In this document: positions 37,061 through 46,195 of the stretch, in pieces | How the letters are laid out: the number at the start of each line of letters is the position of its first letter | Numbering within the stretch: position 1 is the first letter of the stretch | Assembly: GCA_012521755.1 (NCBI GenBank) | Contig: JAAYLV010000105.1 | Location: 1 to 63,666 of the forward strand | Length of the DNA: 63,666 nt | Direction: 5' to 3' | DNA from: Bacillota bacterium | Lineage (GTDB): Bacteria > Bacillota > Limnochordia > JAAZLZ01 | Notes under the pieces: generated by a model | What the model was told of the DNA's origin: nothing | Seen by the model: only the letters and a program-made list of their open reading frames with translations | Databases searched by the model: none | Translations under genes and position numbers: made by a program

Positions 37061-38431
37061 CTACTTGCCAAGGCAAAAACGGCTAAAGATCTCATCGAGG
37101 AGGTCCCCATCGACGCTCTCCCCGGTGATCTTGCCCAGGGCCGCGAGCGCGGCCCGCAGGTCAATGCAGATTAGTTCATCGGAAAGGCCCGCGACTGCCG
37201 CCTCCCCGGCGGCCCTGACGGCCCCGAGGGCCTCCTCGAGGGCCTCGGCGTGGCGGAGGCTGGCCACCATGACCCCTTCGAGGGACTGCCCCACAGCCTC
37301 ATCATAAATGGTCTTTTTCAGCTCATCAAGGCCCCAGCCATCCTTCAGGCTCACCTTCAAGACGGGAGCTTCCGGAAGGTAGGCCTTGACATCTTCAGGA
37401 AAGGTCTTTTGGGGCAAATCCCCCTTATTGATGAGGACAATGGCCTGCCGGCCCCCAAGCTCCCCCATGAGGCGTAGGTCTCCTTCCTCAAGGGGGACGG
37501 AGCCGTCGATCACCAGCAGAATCAGATCAGCTCGGGCAGCTTGCTGCCGGGCCCGCTCCACCCCCAGCCGCTCCACTTCATCGAGCCCCTTCCGGATCCC
37601 CGCGGTATCCACCAAGCGGACGGGCACCCCGCGGATGATGACCACTTCTTCAATAACGTCCCGGGTCGTCCCCGGAATCGGGGTGACGATGGCCCGCTCT
37701 TCTCCGAGGAGGGTATTGAGCAAGGTGGACTTGCCCACATTGGGCCGGCCGAGGATGACTGTGCGGACGCCCTCCCGCAGGGCCCGTCCTCCTTTGAAGC
37801 CCGCGAGGAGCTCTTCGATGGCCATCTTGCACCTATTTATGATTTCACATGTCGCCCCCCGGTCCTCCGGCGGGATGTCTTCTTCGGGAAAATCGAGCCG
37901 GGCCTCCAGCTCCGCCAGGGCCCCTAGGAGGTCTTGCCGCAGGGCGGCCACTCGCCGGCCCAAAGCCCCCCGCAGCTGCTCCATGGCCAGCTGCAGCCCC
38001 CGGTCGCTTTGGGCCCGGATCACATCCATGACGGCCTCCGCCTGGGAAAGATCCAGCCGGCCCCTCAGGAACGCCCGCTTGGTGAACTCGCCAGGTTCCG
38101 CCAGGCGCGCCCCGCCCATCAAGACTAGTTCCAGAATCCGCCCCAGGGGCGCCATCCCCCCGTGGCAGTGGATCTCCACCACATCTTCCCGGGTGTAGCT
38201 TCGCGGCGCCCGCATCACTACGGCCAGGACCTCATCGATGGGTTGGCCCTCCCCATCTTTGATGAAGCCGTACTGCATCTCCCGGTTTCTTCCATGGGAC
38301 AGAGGTTTTTTCCCGTGAAAAATCCTTTCCACGATGGGGATGCTGTCGGGACCGCTGACCCGTACGATCCCGATGCCGCCTTCGCCGGGAGGCGTTGCTA
38401 CTGCCGCGATGGTATCCCCTACGCCCATCAT
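37061..38431 (-). CDS. mnmE: tRNA modification GTPase MnmE (TrmE)
   Basis: 'DTIAAVATPPGEGGIGIVRVSG', G1 'GRPNVGKSTLLN', C-terminal 'FCLGK'. Confidence 0.95.
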   Translation of the reverse strand: MMGVGDTIAAVATPPGEGGIGIVRVSGPDSIPIVERIFHGKKPLSHGRNREMQYGFIKDGEGQPIDEVLAVVMRAPRSYTREDVVEIHCHGGMAPLGRILELVLMGGARLAEPGEFTKRAFLRGRLDLSQAEAVMDVIRAQSDRGLQLAMEQLRGALGRRVAALRQDLLGALAELEARLDFPEEDIPPEDRGATCEIINRCKMAIEELLAGFKGGRALREGVRTVILGRPNVGKSTLLNTLLGEERAIVTPIPGTTRDVIEEVVIIRGVPVRLVDTAGIRKGLDEVERLGVERARQQAARADLILLVIDGSVPLEEGDLRLMGELGGRQAIVLINKGDLPQKTFPEDVKAYLPEAPVLKVSLKDGWGLDELKKTIYDEAVGQSLEGVMVASLRHAEALEEALGAVRAAGEAAVAGLSDELICIDLRAALAALGKITGESVDGDLLDEIFSRFCLGK

Positions 38432-38558
38432 TTTTCTCCCTTTTCCCCCTTTTTACCGGATGCAAAAAGCACGCTTCCTGGGACAGCGTGCCTCTCTACC
38501 CGATCGACAAGGGACTCGCCAGAAAACGGGTTTTTTCGTGAAAAGCTCCCCCGAAAAA

Positions 38559-39185
38559 TCACCGGGGAGCGATCACCACCCGTCGGTAAGGCTCGACCCC
38601 TTCACTGTAGGTGCTGACTCCCTCTTCCCCTTGGAGGGAAAGATGGATAATCCGCCGCTCGTGGGCGTTCATCGGCTCGAGGACTACCCGGCGTCCATTC
38701 CGCCGGGCCTTATCCGCCGACCGCAGGGCAAGGCTCCGCAAGGATTCCGCCCGGCGCTCCCGGTAGCCTTCCGCATCGACCAAGACCCGCAGCCACTCGC
38801 CGCCTTCCTTGTTGCCTACCATGCCCGCAAGATACTGGAGGGCATCGAGGGTCTGACCCCGTCGTCCAATCAAAAGGCCCAGGCCTTCGCCGCTTAAGTT
38901 CACTAGGATCGATTCATCTTCGATCCGCCAGCTGGCCTGGACGTCAACCCCCATCAGGCCTGCCGCCTCTTCCAGCCAAGAGGCCACCTTCCGGGCCTTA
39001 TCCTCAGGGGTAACCAGTCTTGTCACCCGCACCCGGGCTTGTTTTGACCCGATAATCCCGAATAATCCTTTGGCACCTTCATCGAGGATTTCGATTTCAA
39101 CCTGGGACCGATCAGCCTCCAGCTCGGCCAGGGCGGCCGCTAAAGCCTCTTCGATGGTCCTACCTGTCGCCTCCACCGTCCGCAT
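38559..39185 (-). CDS. jag: Jag/KhpB RNA-binding protein (Jag_N, KH, R3H)
   Basis: R3H region 'MNAHERRIIHLSL', KH-like 'LIGRRGQTLDALQYL'. Downstream of yidC. Confidence 0.9.
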   Translation of the reverse strand: MRTVEATGRTIEEALAAALAELEADRSQVEIEILDEGAKGLFGIIGSKQARVRVTRLVTPEDKARKVASWLEEAAGLMGVDVQASWRIEDESILVNLSGEGLGLLIGRRGQTLDALQYLAGMVGNKEGGEWLRVLVDAEGYRERRAESLRSLALRSADKARRNGRRVVLEPMNAHERRIIHLSLQGEEGVSTYSEGVEPYRRVVIAPR

Positions 39186-39828
39186 CCTTGTCCTCCTCCT
39201 TCACCCGCCCCTGTTCTCCTCTAGTGACGAGATACTGCTGGACCATGGAAAAAAGGTTGCTGATGACCCAGTACAGCACGAGGCCAGCGGGGAACCTTAT
39301 GCTGACCCAGCCGATCATGATCGGCATCACCATCATCATCGTCTTCTGTGAGGGATCGGGATTCGTTTGCATCATTTGCGCATAGGTGGTCACGGCCGAC
39401 AAAATCGGCAGTATGTAGAAAGGATCTGGCTGGCCCAACCCGCCTCTCAGCCACAGGAAAGGCTCATCGCCAAAGGGAAACTCCCGCAGAACACGAAATA
39501 AGGCCCAGAGTACAGGCAGCTGGACCAACATGGGCAAGCAGCCCCCGAAGGGGTTTATCTTGTGCTTCTTGTACAGCTCCAGGGCCCTTCGCTGGTATTC
39601 CTGGGGATTGTCCTTGTACTTTTTCTGCAAGGCCATCATTTCCGGCTGCAGTTCTTTCATGACGGCCATGCTTTTCGTCTGACTGGTGAACAGCGGATAC
39701 AACACGATTCTGATGACAATGGTTAGGAGTAAAATAGCGAGCCCGCCATTGCCCGTCAGGCTCACGAAGTATTGGAGCAGCCATTCCAGCCCTCTTGCTA
39801 AGAACTCGAAGATTTCCATCGCCTCCAT
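39160..39828 (-). CDS. yidC: Membrane protein insertase YidC/SpoIIIJ/OxaA
   Basis: 'INPFGGCLPMLVQLPVLWALF', 'AGLVLYWVISNLFSMVQQ'. Confidence 0.93.
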   Translation of the reverse strand: MEAMEIFEFLARGLEWLLQYFVSLTGNGGLAILLLTIVIRIVLYPLFTSQTKSMAVMKELQPEMMALQKKYKDNPQEYQRRALELYKKHKINPFGGCLPMLVQLPVLWALFRVLREFPFGDEPFLWLRGGLGQPDPFYILPILSAVTTYAQMMQTNPDPSQKTMMMVMPIMIGWVSIRFPAGLVLYWVISNLFSMVQQYLVTRGEQGRVKEEDKDADGGGDR

Positions 39829-39844
39829 TCCGCCTCATGCCGTC

Positions 39845-40105
39845 TCAGTCAACCGGATCGTAGCCCCCCGGATGAAATGGATGGCACCGCAAGAGTCTCA
39901 GCGCCGCTTTGCCCACCCCCCGCCAAGGCCCGTACTTCATGATGGCCTCCTGGGCGTAGGCGGAACATGTGGGATAAAAACGACAGGTCCTCGGCTTCAT
40001 GGGGGAAATCAGACGCTGATAAAGACTCAGCGTCCCCAGGAGCAGCGCCTTAAAGCCGCCCCCCATCAACCTCCAAAGACCCGTCATCCCTCTCATCATT
40101 GTCAC
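39845..40105 (-). CDS. yidD: Membrane protein insertion efficiency factor YidD
   Basis: 'LYQRLISP....[18 protein letters not shown]'. Several in-frame starts are possible (40066-40105). Overlaps the 3' end of rnpA. Confidence 0.9.
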   Translation of the reverse strand: MTMMRGMTGLWRLMGGGFKALLLGTLSLYQRLISPMKPRTCRFYPTCSAYAQEAIMKYGPWRGVGKAALRLLRCHPFHPGGYDPVD

Positions 40106-40445
40106 CCTTTGTCAGCCCTGCCCGCGCCGTCACATCGGCCACCGCCTCCGCCAGCTCTTGGAAGCTCGCGTCTTTCGCCTCTTTCCGCACGACCAGGACT
40201 AAATCCCTTCCATCCCTTATTCCATCCCAGCGTCCCCGCAGGATCTCCTGCAGCCGGCGTCGGACTTTATTGCGCTGCACCGCCTTGCCGACCCGCCGGC
40301 CCAGGACTAGGCCCACGCGGCTTTGGCCCTGATCGTTCTTTACGTAATACAAGGTCAGGAGCCGATTGGCCTTGCGCCGACCATGGGCGAAAGCCCGACG
40401 GTAATCTGCTCCGCGGCGAAGCCGCATTTCCCTCGGCAGGCCCAC
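40050..40445 (-). CDS. rnpA: Ribonuclease P protein component
   Basis: Basic 131-aa ORF directly downstream of rpmH. '[14 protein letters not shown]', '[15 protein letters not shown]'. Confidence 0.9.
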   Translation of the reverse strand: MGLPREMRLRRGADYRRAFAHGRRKANRLLTLYYVKNDQGQSRVGLVLGRRVGKAVQRNKVRRRLQEILRGRWDGIRDGRDLVLVVRKEAKDASFQELAEAVADVTARAGLTKGDNDERDDGSLEVDGGRL

Positions 40446-40449
40446 GTTT

Positions 40450-40584
40450 CTACGCGCAAAGGCGCTTGCGTCCCTTTGCCCGCCGCCGCTTCAGGACCCG
40501 TCGCCCACCGGGCGTGGCCATGCGAGCTCGGAACCCGTGGGTTTTTTTCCGCTTCCTTATATTAGGCTGGAAAGTCCTTTTCAC
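40450..40584 (-). CDS. rpmH: 50S ribosomal protein L34 (not in the ORF track because it is shorter than 60 aa)
   Basis: Hand translation of the minus strand gives (GTG)[51 protein letters not shown] lies upstream. Confidence 0.93.
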   Translation of the reverse strand: MKRTFQPNIRKRKKTHGFRARMATPGGRRVLKRRRAKGRKRLCA

Positions 40585-40629
40585 CCAGCCCCACCCCCTT
40601 CAACGCCATTTAGCCAAAATGCCATTAAG

Positions 40630-40659
40630 ATTATAGCCCAGGGCTTCTAATCATGTCAA
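40630..40659 (-). promoter_or_regulatory. Sigma-A-type promoter candidate for rpmH-rnpA
   Basis: Minus strand: TTGACA (40659-40654), an 18-nt spacer, then TATAAT (40635-40630). Confidence 0.5.
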
Positions 40660-40763
40660 GCAATGGCATAAACCCGGCTTTTTTTACCCTTTTTCACCCC
40701 TCCTTTCCTCCCCTGGCCCCTTCCCTTGACTAGATCCGTCGATCATAGTACGATGAAAGCAGT

Positions 40764-41218
40764 TGTGGAAAATTCTGCGCCCGTCACCTTTTCCAGGTCC
40801 CTTTTCACCACTGCTGCTTTGGACTTAGAGAGTTTTCCACACAATGTGGACAACCTTGTGGATATCATCCAATCGCCCACGGGGGCGACCTTTGGCCCTG
40901 TGGATGAGAGTTATGCACAGGGCCGCTGTGACTATTTCAGCTCTTTTCCTGGGGCCGAGGCCCCCTTGGACCGCCAGGAGGGCAACAGACATGGTCGCAC
41001 ACTGTGTGGATATTCCCCCTTTCTTCCGGCCGCTGCGGGGAGCAGGTCCCTTTTTCCACGACCTGTGGAAAACCTGTGTATACTGTGGATTACCTCCGGG
41101 GTCTTCTTTCCACAGCGTCCCTCCCCGTCGACCTTACAAGTCTCGCCAGGGCCATGTGGAAGGGGTTTTTCGGCTTTTTCCATAGTTGTCCACAACAGGG
41201 GGCAACCCCTGTGGATAA
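40764..41218. promoter_or_regulatory. oriC part I: upstream DnaA-box cluster (at least 13 boxes)
   Basis: Nine-mers with 3 or fewer mismatches to TTATCCACA/TGTGGATAA at 40764, 40833, 40845, 40857, 40899, 41005, 41052, 41064, 41084, 41106, 41155 and 41186, plus a perfect TGTGGATAA at 41210-41218. Two head-to-head pairs have 3-nt spacers (40833-40853 and 41052-41072). Confidence 0.9.
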
Positions 41219-41275
41219 CTTTGTCGGGTTTTTCACAAATGAGCCTTGCTCGCCCCGCAGGAAAGTAGGGAGGTC

Positions 41276-42136
41276 ATGGGCTTTCTCGCTTCACTTTTCC
41301 GTCGATCAACCGATCCTTCCCGCCGCCCCTTGCCCAGGCGGCTAGCGGCGCGGCTGGCAGTGTATGACTCCCCGGGGGTCGCCCCCCGCCTCGTCGAAGT
41401 CCAGGGGACGAAAGTGCAAGAATTCATGGATGAGCTCGCGGCCACCACCTATTCCCTGGCCCAGGAAAAGGGCGGCCGCATTCCTTTCACCGCGCTGAAA
41501 GAGGTGGTGGAAAACCTGATCCATGCCGCCTTCCACGAGGTCACTATTACCATTTCCCCCGACGGCAACACTATTCGCATCGCCGATGGGGGCGGCGGCA
41601 TCCCCGATAAGGAAAAGGCCCTCATCCCCGGCTACTCCAGCGCCGCGGGCGAAATCAAAAGGTACATCAAAGGGGTGGGGTCGGGCCTGCCGGTGGCCCA
41701 GGAGGCCCTCCAGGCCTTGGGAGGGATCTTGGACATCGACGACAATTTGAGCGGGGGAGCAGTCGTCACCTTGTCCGTCGACCCTGTGGAAAAGTCTCCG
41801 CCGGGGCCGCAAGTTCCGGCAGGAGATGGGACAGGCCAGACAGAATATAGTACCCGCACCGTTGACGACGGCGCCGATGGGCCCTGCCTGCACCCCGCAG
41901 CTGCGGCGGCGGGGCTTTCGCGTCGACAGGAAGAAGTCCTCATTCTCCTTGCGGAACATGAAGAGATCGGGCCTTCATCGGTGGCCCGCAAAGCAGGCAT
42001 CAGCCTGAGCACCGCCTATCGGGACCTTGTCTACCTGGAAGAACTTGGTCTTGTGGAGTCTAAACCCAACGGCAAACGGGTGCTCACTCCCGCGGGAGGG
42101 GCGCTGTTGGCAGCCCTGCGGGGCACAGACCGTTGA
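41276..42136 (+). CDS. GHKL (HATPase_c-like) ATPase domain fused to a C-terminal winged-HTH. Uncharacterised gene lying between the oriC box cluster and dnaA.
   Basis: N-box-like 'EVVENLIHAAF', G1 'IADGGGGIP', G2 'IKGVGSGLPVA'. A Pro/Gly/Ala-rich linker follows. wHTH-like 'RRQEEVLILLAEHEEIGPSSVARKAGISLSTAYRDLVYLEELGLVE'. The stop lies 27 nt before the dnaA ATG. An alternative TTG start exists at 41246. Confidence 0.7.
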   Translation: MGFLASLFRRSTDPSRRPLPRRLAARLAVYDSPGVAPRLVEVQGTKVQEFMDELAATTYSLAQEKGGRIPFTALKEVVENLIHAAFHEVTITISPDGNTIRIADGGGGIPDKEKALIPGYSSAAGEIKRYIKGVGSGLPVAQEALQALGGILDIDDNLSGGAVVTLSVDPVEKSPPGPQVPAGDGTGQTEYSTRTVDDGADGPCLHPAAAAAGLSRRQEEVLILLAEHEEIGPSSVARKAGISLSTAYRDLVYLEELGLVESKPNGKRVLTPAGGALLAALRGTDR

Positions 42137-42162
42137 GCGCGCCGCCCTTAGGAGGTACTAGC

Positions 42163-43482
42163 ATGAGTGAACAGCTTGACTTAATCTGGGAAAAGACCCT
42201 CGGCCTCCTCAGGCAGGAGCTGCCCAAGCCTAGTTTTGACACCTGGCTCAAGGGCACCAAGGCCTGTTCTTTCAGCGACGGACGCCTTACCGTTGAGGTG
42301 CCCAATGAATTCGCCCGGGACTGGGTCGAGGCCCGCTACAAAGAAGATCTGCAACGGGCCCTTCAGCAGGTGGTGGGGGATAATTGGGAGATCCTGTTCG
42401 TCATCCCCCAGGCCGAAGGACCCGCCCCCGCGCCGCGAACTATCCCGGAGGCGGCCCCCGCGGCCTTGAACCCCAAGTATACCTTCGATACTTTTGTCGT
42501 CGGCAACGGCAATCGCTTTGCCCACGCCGCCTCCTTGGCCGTGGCGGAAGCTCCCGCCCGGGCCTACAACCCCCTGTTTCTGTACGGGGGCGTTGGCCTT
42601 GGCAAGACCCATTTGATGCAGGCTATCGGCCACTACGCGCAGGTCCATCATCGCCAGCTGCGGGTCGTTTACGTCTCCTCGGAGACCTTCACCAACGATC
42701 TCATCAGCGCGATCGCCCGCAAGTCGATGCAAGAGTTCCGGGGCAAATACAGGAACGCCGACATCCTCCTCATCGACGACATCCAATTCGTCGCCGGGAA
42801 AGAATCGACCCAGGAGGAGTTCTTCCATACCTTCAATTCCCTCTATGAGGCGAACAAGCAGATCGTCATCACCTCCGATCGGTCTCCCAAGGACATCCCC
42901 ACCCTCGAGGAACGGCTCCGCTCCCGCTTCGAGTGGGGCCTCACGGCCGATATTCAGCCTCCCGATGTGGAAACCCGCATCGCCATCCTGAAGCAGAAGG
43001 CGAAGGCCGATGGGATCACCATCGACGATGAAACTCTCTCTTACATTGCATCCCAAGTGGAGTCCAACATCCGGGAGCTGGAGGGCGCCTTGAATCGGGT
43101 CACGGCTTACGCCTCCCTCCAGGGGACAGCCATCACCTTGACCCTAGCCCAAGACGCCCTGAAGGACATCCTCTCCTCCCAAGAGAAGCGGCCTCCCACC
43201 ATCGCCCGCATCCAAGAAGTCGTTGCGGAGTACTACGGAGCCACCACCGCGGACTTGCAGAGCAAGAAAAGAACCAAAGCCGTCGTCTTTCCCCGGCAGG
43301 TGGCCATGTATCTTTGCCGCGAGCTCACCGACTCATCCCTCCCCCAAATCGGCGACCACTTTGGCGGCCGGGATCACAGCACGGTGATCCACGCCTGCGA
43401 TAAGATTGCCAATGACTTGACGAAAGACCCTTCCTTAGCCGCGGACGTGCAAGAACTGATCCGGATCCTAAGAAGTTCTTAA
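42163..43482 (+). CDS. dnaA: Chromosomal replication initiator protein DnaA
   Basis: 'LWEKTLGLL', Walker A 'GGVGLGKTHLMQAIG', 'LLIDDIQF', DNA-binding 'FGGRDHSTVIHA'. ATG at 42163 with AGGAGG 7 nt upstream. Confidence 0.97.
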   Translation: MSEQLDLIWEKTLGLLRQELPKPSFDTWLKGTKACSFSDGRLTVEVPNEFARDWVEARYKEDLQRALQQVVGDNWEILFVIPQAEGPAPAPRTIPEAAPAALNPKYTFDTFVVGNGNRFAHAASLAVAEAPARAYNPLFLYGGVGLGKTHLMQAIGHYAQVHHRQLRVVYVSSETFTNDLISAIARKSMQEFRGKYRNADILLIDDIQFVAGKESTQEEFFHTFNSLYEANKQIVITSDRSPKDIPTLEERLRSRFEWGLTADIQPPDVETRIAILKQKAKADGITIDDETLSYIASQVESNIRELEGALNRVTAYASLQGTAITLTLAQDALKDILSSQEKRPPTIARIQEVVAEYYGATTADLQSKKRTKAVVFPRQVAMYLCRELTDSSLPQIGDHFGGRDHSTVIHACDKIANDLTKDPSLAADVQELIRILRSS

Positions 43483-43484
43483 CT

Positions 43485-43684
43485 TGTGGATACCATGTGG
43501 AAGGGATGTGGAGGGCTCCAGGCCTGTGGACGATGTGGAATAACGTACCTAATTTTCCACACCTTTTTCGACACAAATTGCCCTTGCCAGCTATGGCCGC
43601 AATGGCCTTTTCCACAAATCCACAGCCCTTACTACTGCGACTACTGCTCTTATCTATTTATTTAGGGATGGTGATTTTTCCACA
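43485..43684. promoter_or_regulatory. oriC part II: dnaA-dnaN DnaA-box cluster with trinucleotide repeats and an AT-rich candidate unwinding element
   Basis: Boxes at 43485, 43496 and 43507 (11-nt phasing), 43525, 43534, 43553, 43608, 43616 and 43676. CTA/TTA-type triplets at 43629-43652. AT-rich 'tcttatctatttatttag' at about 43648-43665. Confidence 0.85.
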
Positions 43685-43722
43685 CTCTCCCGCAAAACCA
43701 TGATCAGAAAGGGTGCTATACC

Positions 43723-44823
43723 ATGAAGGTGATTTGCAGGCAGGACGAGTTGATGCGAGGGGTCAGCATCGTCGAACGGGCCGTCAGCACCCGGGACATC
43801 CGGCCCGCGTTGATGGGCATTCAGCTCGAGGCCGTCCCTGGAGAGCTTCGGCTCGCCGGGTGCGATTTGGAAATGAGGATAGAATATGTCATTCCCGCGG
43901 AGACTAGCCGCGAGGGGAAAGCCCTGGTGGAAGGACGCTACTTTTCCGCCATTGCCCGCCGCCTGCCCGATGGCATGGTGGAGCTGGAAGAAGATGCCGG
44001 GCTGCTCCATGTCCGGGGCGGCCGGGCGGATATGTCCCTCCATTTGATCGTGGGGGAGGAGTTTCCCGAGCCGCCGGCGGGGGATTACCTGACCAGGTTC
44101 ACTTTGGATCAGGAACTGTTGAAGACCATGATCAAGCAGACGGCTTTTGCCACCGCAGATGCCGATGAACTGCGGGTTTTCATGCGGGGGATTCTCTTTG
44201 AAGCTGGGGATGGTCACCTCCACCTGGTGGCCACCGACAGCAGCCGCCTTGCCGTCCGGCGGGCTGCCGCAGCTGATCTGCCGCCCCTGCGGGCCCTGGT
44301 GCCGGCCCGGGTGTTGCAGGAGCTGGCCAGGTTCCTCCCCTTTGATGGGGCAGATGCCCTAGAGATCGCGGTGGGGAGCAATCAAATCGCCATGCAGGGC
44401 GGGGGGGCAGCTTTTTATTCGCGCCTTTTCGAGGCGGCTTTCCCCGATTACCGGATGGTGCTGCCGAAGGAGCTCCCCACCAAAGTGGTGGTGGATCGGA
44501 AAGCTTTGGAAGAGGCCATCGACAGGGTCAGCCTGGTTGTGCGCAAGGGGCCGGCGGTGGTGGATGTTGCCCTAAAGGGGGGCGTCATCCAGCTCCTTTG
44601 TCACAGCAAAGAGGTTGGCAGGGGCTTTGATGAGCTTGCCGCAAGGCAAGAAGGTCCCGACATTGAGATTAGCTTCCAGGCCAGGCTCATCACGGAAGCC
44701 CTGAAGGCCCTCGATGATCATGACGAGGTGAGCATGGCCTTTACCTCGGAGACAGGACCGATGGTCCTCAGCATTCCGGGGAAAGATGATTACCTGTATC
44801 TGTTGATGCCTGTCCGGGGTTAG
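43723..44823 (+). CDS. dnaN: DNA polymerase III beta sliding clamp
   Basis: 366 aa. 'MKVICRQDEL...V..AVS.R', three-domain length, position after dnaA, C-terminal 'YLLMPVR'. Confidence 0.95.
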   Translation: MKVICRQDELMRGVSIVERAVSTRDIRPALMGIQLEAVPGELRLAGCDLEMRIEYVIPAETSREGKALVEGRYFSAIARRLPDGMVELEEDAGLLHVRGGRADMSLHLIVGEEFPEPPAGDYLTRFTLDQELLKTMIKQTAFATADADELRVFMRGILFEAGDGHLHLVATDSSRLAVRRAAAADLPPLRALVPARVLQELARFLPFDGADALEIAVGSNQIAMQGGGAAFYSRLFEAAFPDYRMVLPKELPTKVVVDRKALEEAIDRVSLVVRKGPAVVDVALKGGVIQLLCHSKEVGRGFDELAARQEGPDIEISFQARLITEALKALDDHDEVSMAFTSETGPMVLSIPGKDDYLYLLMPVRG

Positions 44824-44839
44824 ACGGGGGGAGATAGGC

Positions 44840-45070
44840 TTGGAGCCTGAGCAGGTCAGGATCGAGACCGAGACGATTAAAGTCCAGCAGCTCCTCAAGT
44901 GGGTCGGGGCCGCCGCGACGGGGGGCGAGGCGAAGGAAATGATCGCCAGGGGCGAGGTGGCGGTCAACGGGGAGCCGGAACTAAAGCGGGGCCGGCAGCT
45001 GCATCCCGGGGACTTGGTGCAGCTTGCCGATGGGCGATCCTTCATCCTGGTCGGACGGGGAGAGGAATGA
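44840..45070 (+). CDS. yaaA: S4-domain RNA-binding protein YaaA
   Basis: 76 aa. 'I.V.QLLKW.G.A.TGGEAK..I..GEV.VNGE.E.KRG..L..GD'. TTG start after GGGGGGAG. Conserved dnaN-yaaA-recF order. Confidence 0.85.
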   Translation: MEPEQVRIETETIKVQQLLKWVGAAATGGEAKEMIARGEVAVNGEPELKRGRQLHPGDLVQLADGRSFILVGRGEE

Positions 45071-45075
45071 CTTAA

Positions 45076-46191
45076 GTGTATATCACTGCCCTGACGGCTA
45101 GGTCCTTTCGCAACTATGACTCTTTGGCGGTCGGTTTTTCCCCCGGGGTAAACATCATCGTTGGGGCTAATGCCCAGGGAAAGACGAATCTGTTGGAAGC
45201 CGTCCATTTCCTGGCCACGGGCCGCTCCCACCGGGCGGGCCGGGATGGGGAGCTGGTCAAGTGGGGGAGGGACTTGGCCTTTCTCCGGGGCGAGGTGAGC
45301 TCCTTTGGCGGCTCCCGCTCCATCGAAGCACAAATCCCCGCCGCGGGGAGAAAGAGCATCAAGGTGGACGGGACGGAGCTTAGGCGGTTGAGCGATCTAT
45401 TCGGGATCTTCCAGATCGTCATGTTCACCCCTGATGACCTGCAGCTCATCAAAGGGTCCCCGGGTCTTCGGCGCCGCTACCTCGACATGCAGATCTGTCA
45501 GATCAGCCCCCTTTACCGCCACTACCTGCAGCGCTACAACCAGGTCCTGCGGCAAAGGAACAAGCTGCTGGAGCGAAGGGAGGCAAGGAGCCTCCCCGTG
45601 TGGGATGAACAGCTGGTCCGCTTTGGGAGCGCAGTGATCCGCTATCGGCTGAGGGCCGTTGAGGTTCTGTCCCCCTTCACCCAAAGGCACTACCGGGCCA
45701 TCGCCGGGGAGGGTGAGGAAATGAAGCTTGCCTATCAGCCTTTCTGGGCCAGGGAGGGGGAGGGCCCCCCTTGGTCGGAGGATGATATTCAAGGGCTCTT
45801 CCGGGAGGAGATAAGGCGAGTCCGGGAGGATGAGCTGCGGCGGGGCCAGACCCTCGTTGGACCCCAGCGGGATGATCTGGTCTTTGCCATCGCCGATCGT
45901 CCAGCCAAGTCTTTTGCCTCCCAGGGACAGCAGCGAAGCGGGGTTTTGGCCTGCAAGCTCGCGGAGCTGGATTACATCCAGCGGGAAAGCGGGGAGTATC
46001 CGCTCCTCCTGTTGGATGATGTGGCATCGGAGCTCGATGATGAGCGCAGGGAGCGCTTTTTTGCCGGGGTGCCCGAAGGGGTGCAGCTTTTGCTCACGAC
46101 GACAAGTCTTCGGCCATTGATGCCGATCTTAGCCCACGGTCAGGTGTTTCGCATCGCTAATGGCATCATCAGGGAAGGGAAAGGAGGGTAA
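45076..46191 (+). CDS. recF: DNA replication and repair protein RecF
   Basis: Walker A 'GANAQGKTNLLEA', 'GPQRDDL', 'SQGQQRS', Walker B 'LLLDDVASELD'. GTG start. Confidence 0.95.
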   Translation: MYITALTARSFRNYDSLAVGFSPGVNIIVGANAQGKTNLLEAVHFLATGRSHRAGRDGELVKWGRDLAFLRGEVSSFGGSRSIEAQIPAAGRKSIKVDGTELRRLSDLFGIFQIVMFTPDDLQLIKGSPGLRRRYLDMQICQISPLYRHYLQRYNQVLRQRNKLLERREARSLPVWDEQLVRFGSAVIRYRLRAVEVLSPFTQRHYRAIAGEGEEMKLAYQPFWAREGEGPPWSEDDIQGLFREEIRRVREDELRRGQTLVGPQRDDLVFAIADRPAKSFASQGQQRSGVLACKLAELDYIQRESGEYPLLLLDDVASELDDERRERFFAGVPEGVQLLLTTTSLRPLMPILAHGQVFRIANGIIREGKGG

Positions 46192-46195
46192 CAGA

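Noticed and set aside
40726-41345. ORFs 40726-41268 (180 aa), 40844-41185, 41004-41345 and the minus-strand ORF 40932-41195, all inside the rpmH-dnaA spacer.
   Set aside because: They run straight through the DnaA-box array, have no RBS or recognisable motifs, and overlap one another in different frames. The region is better explained as non-coding oriC.
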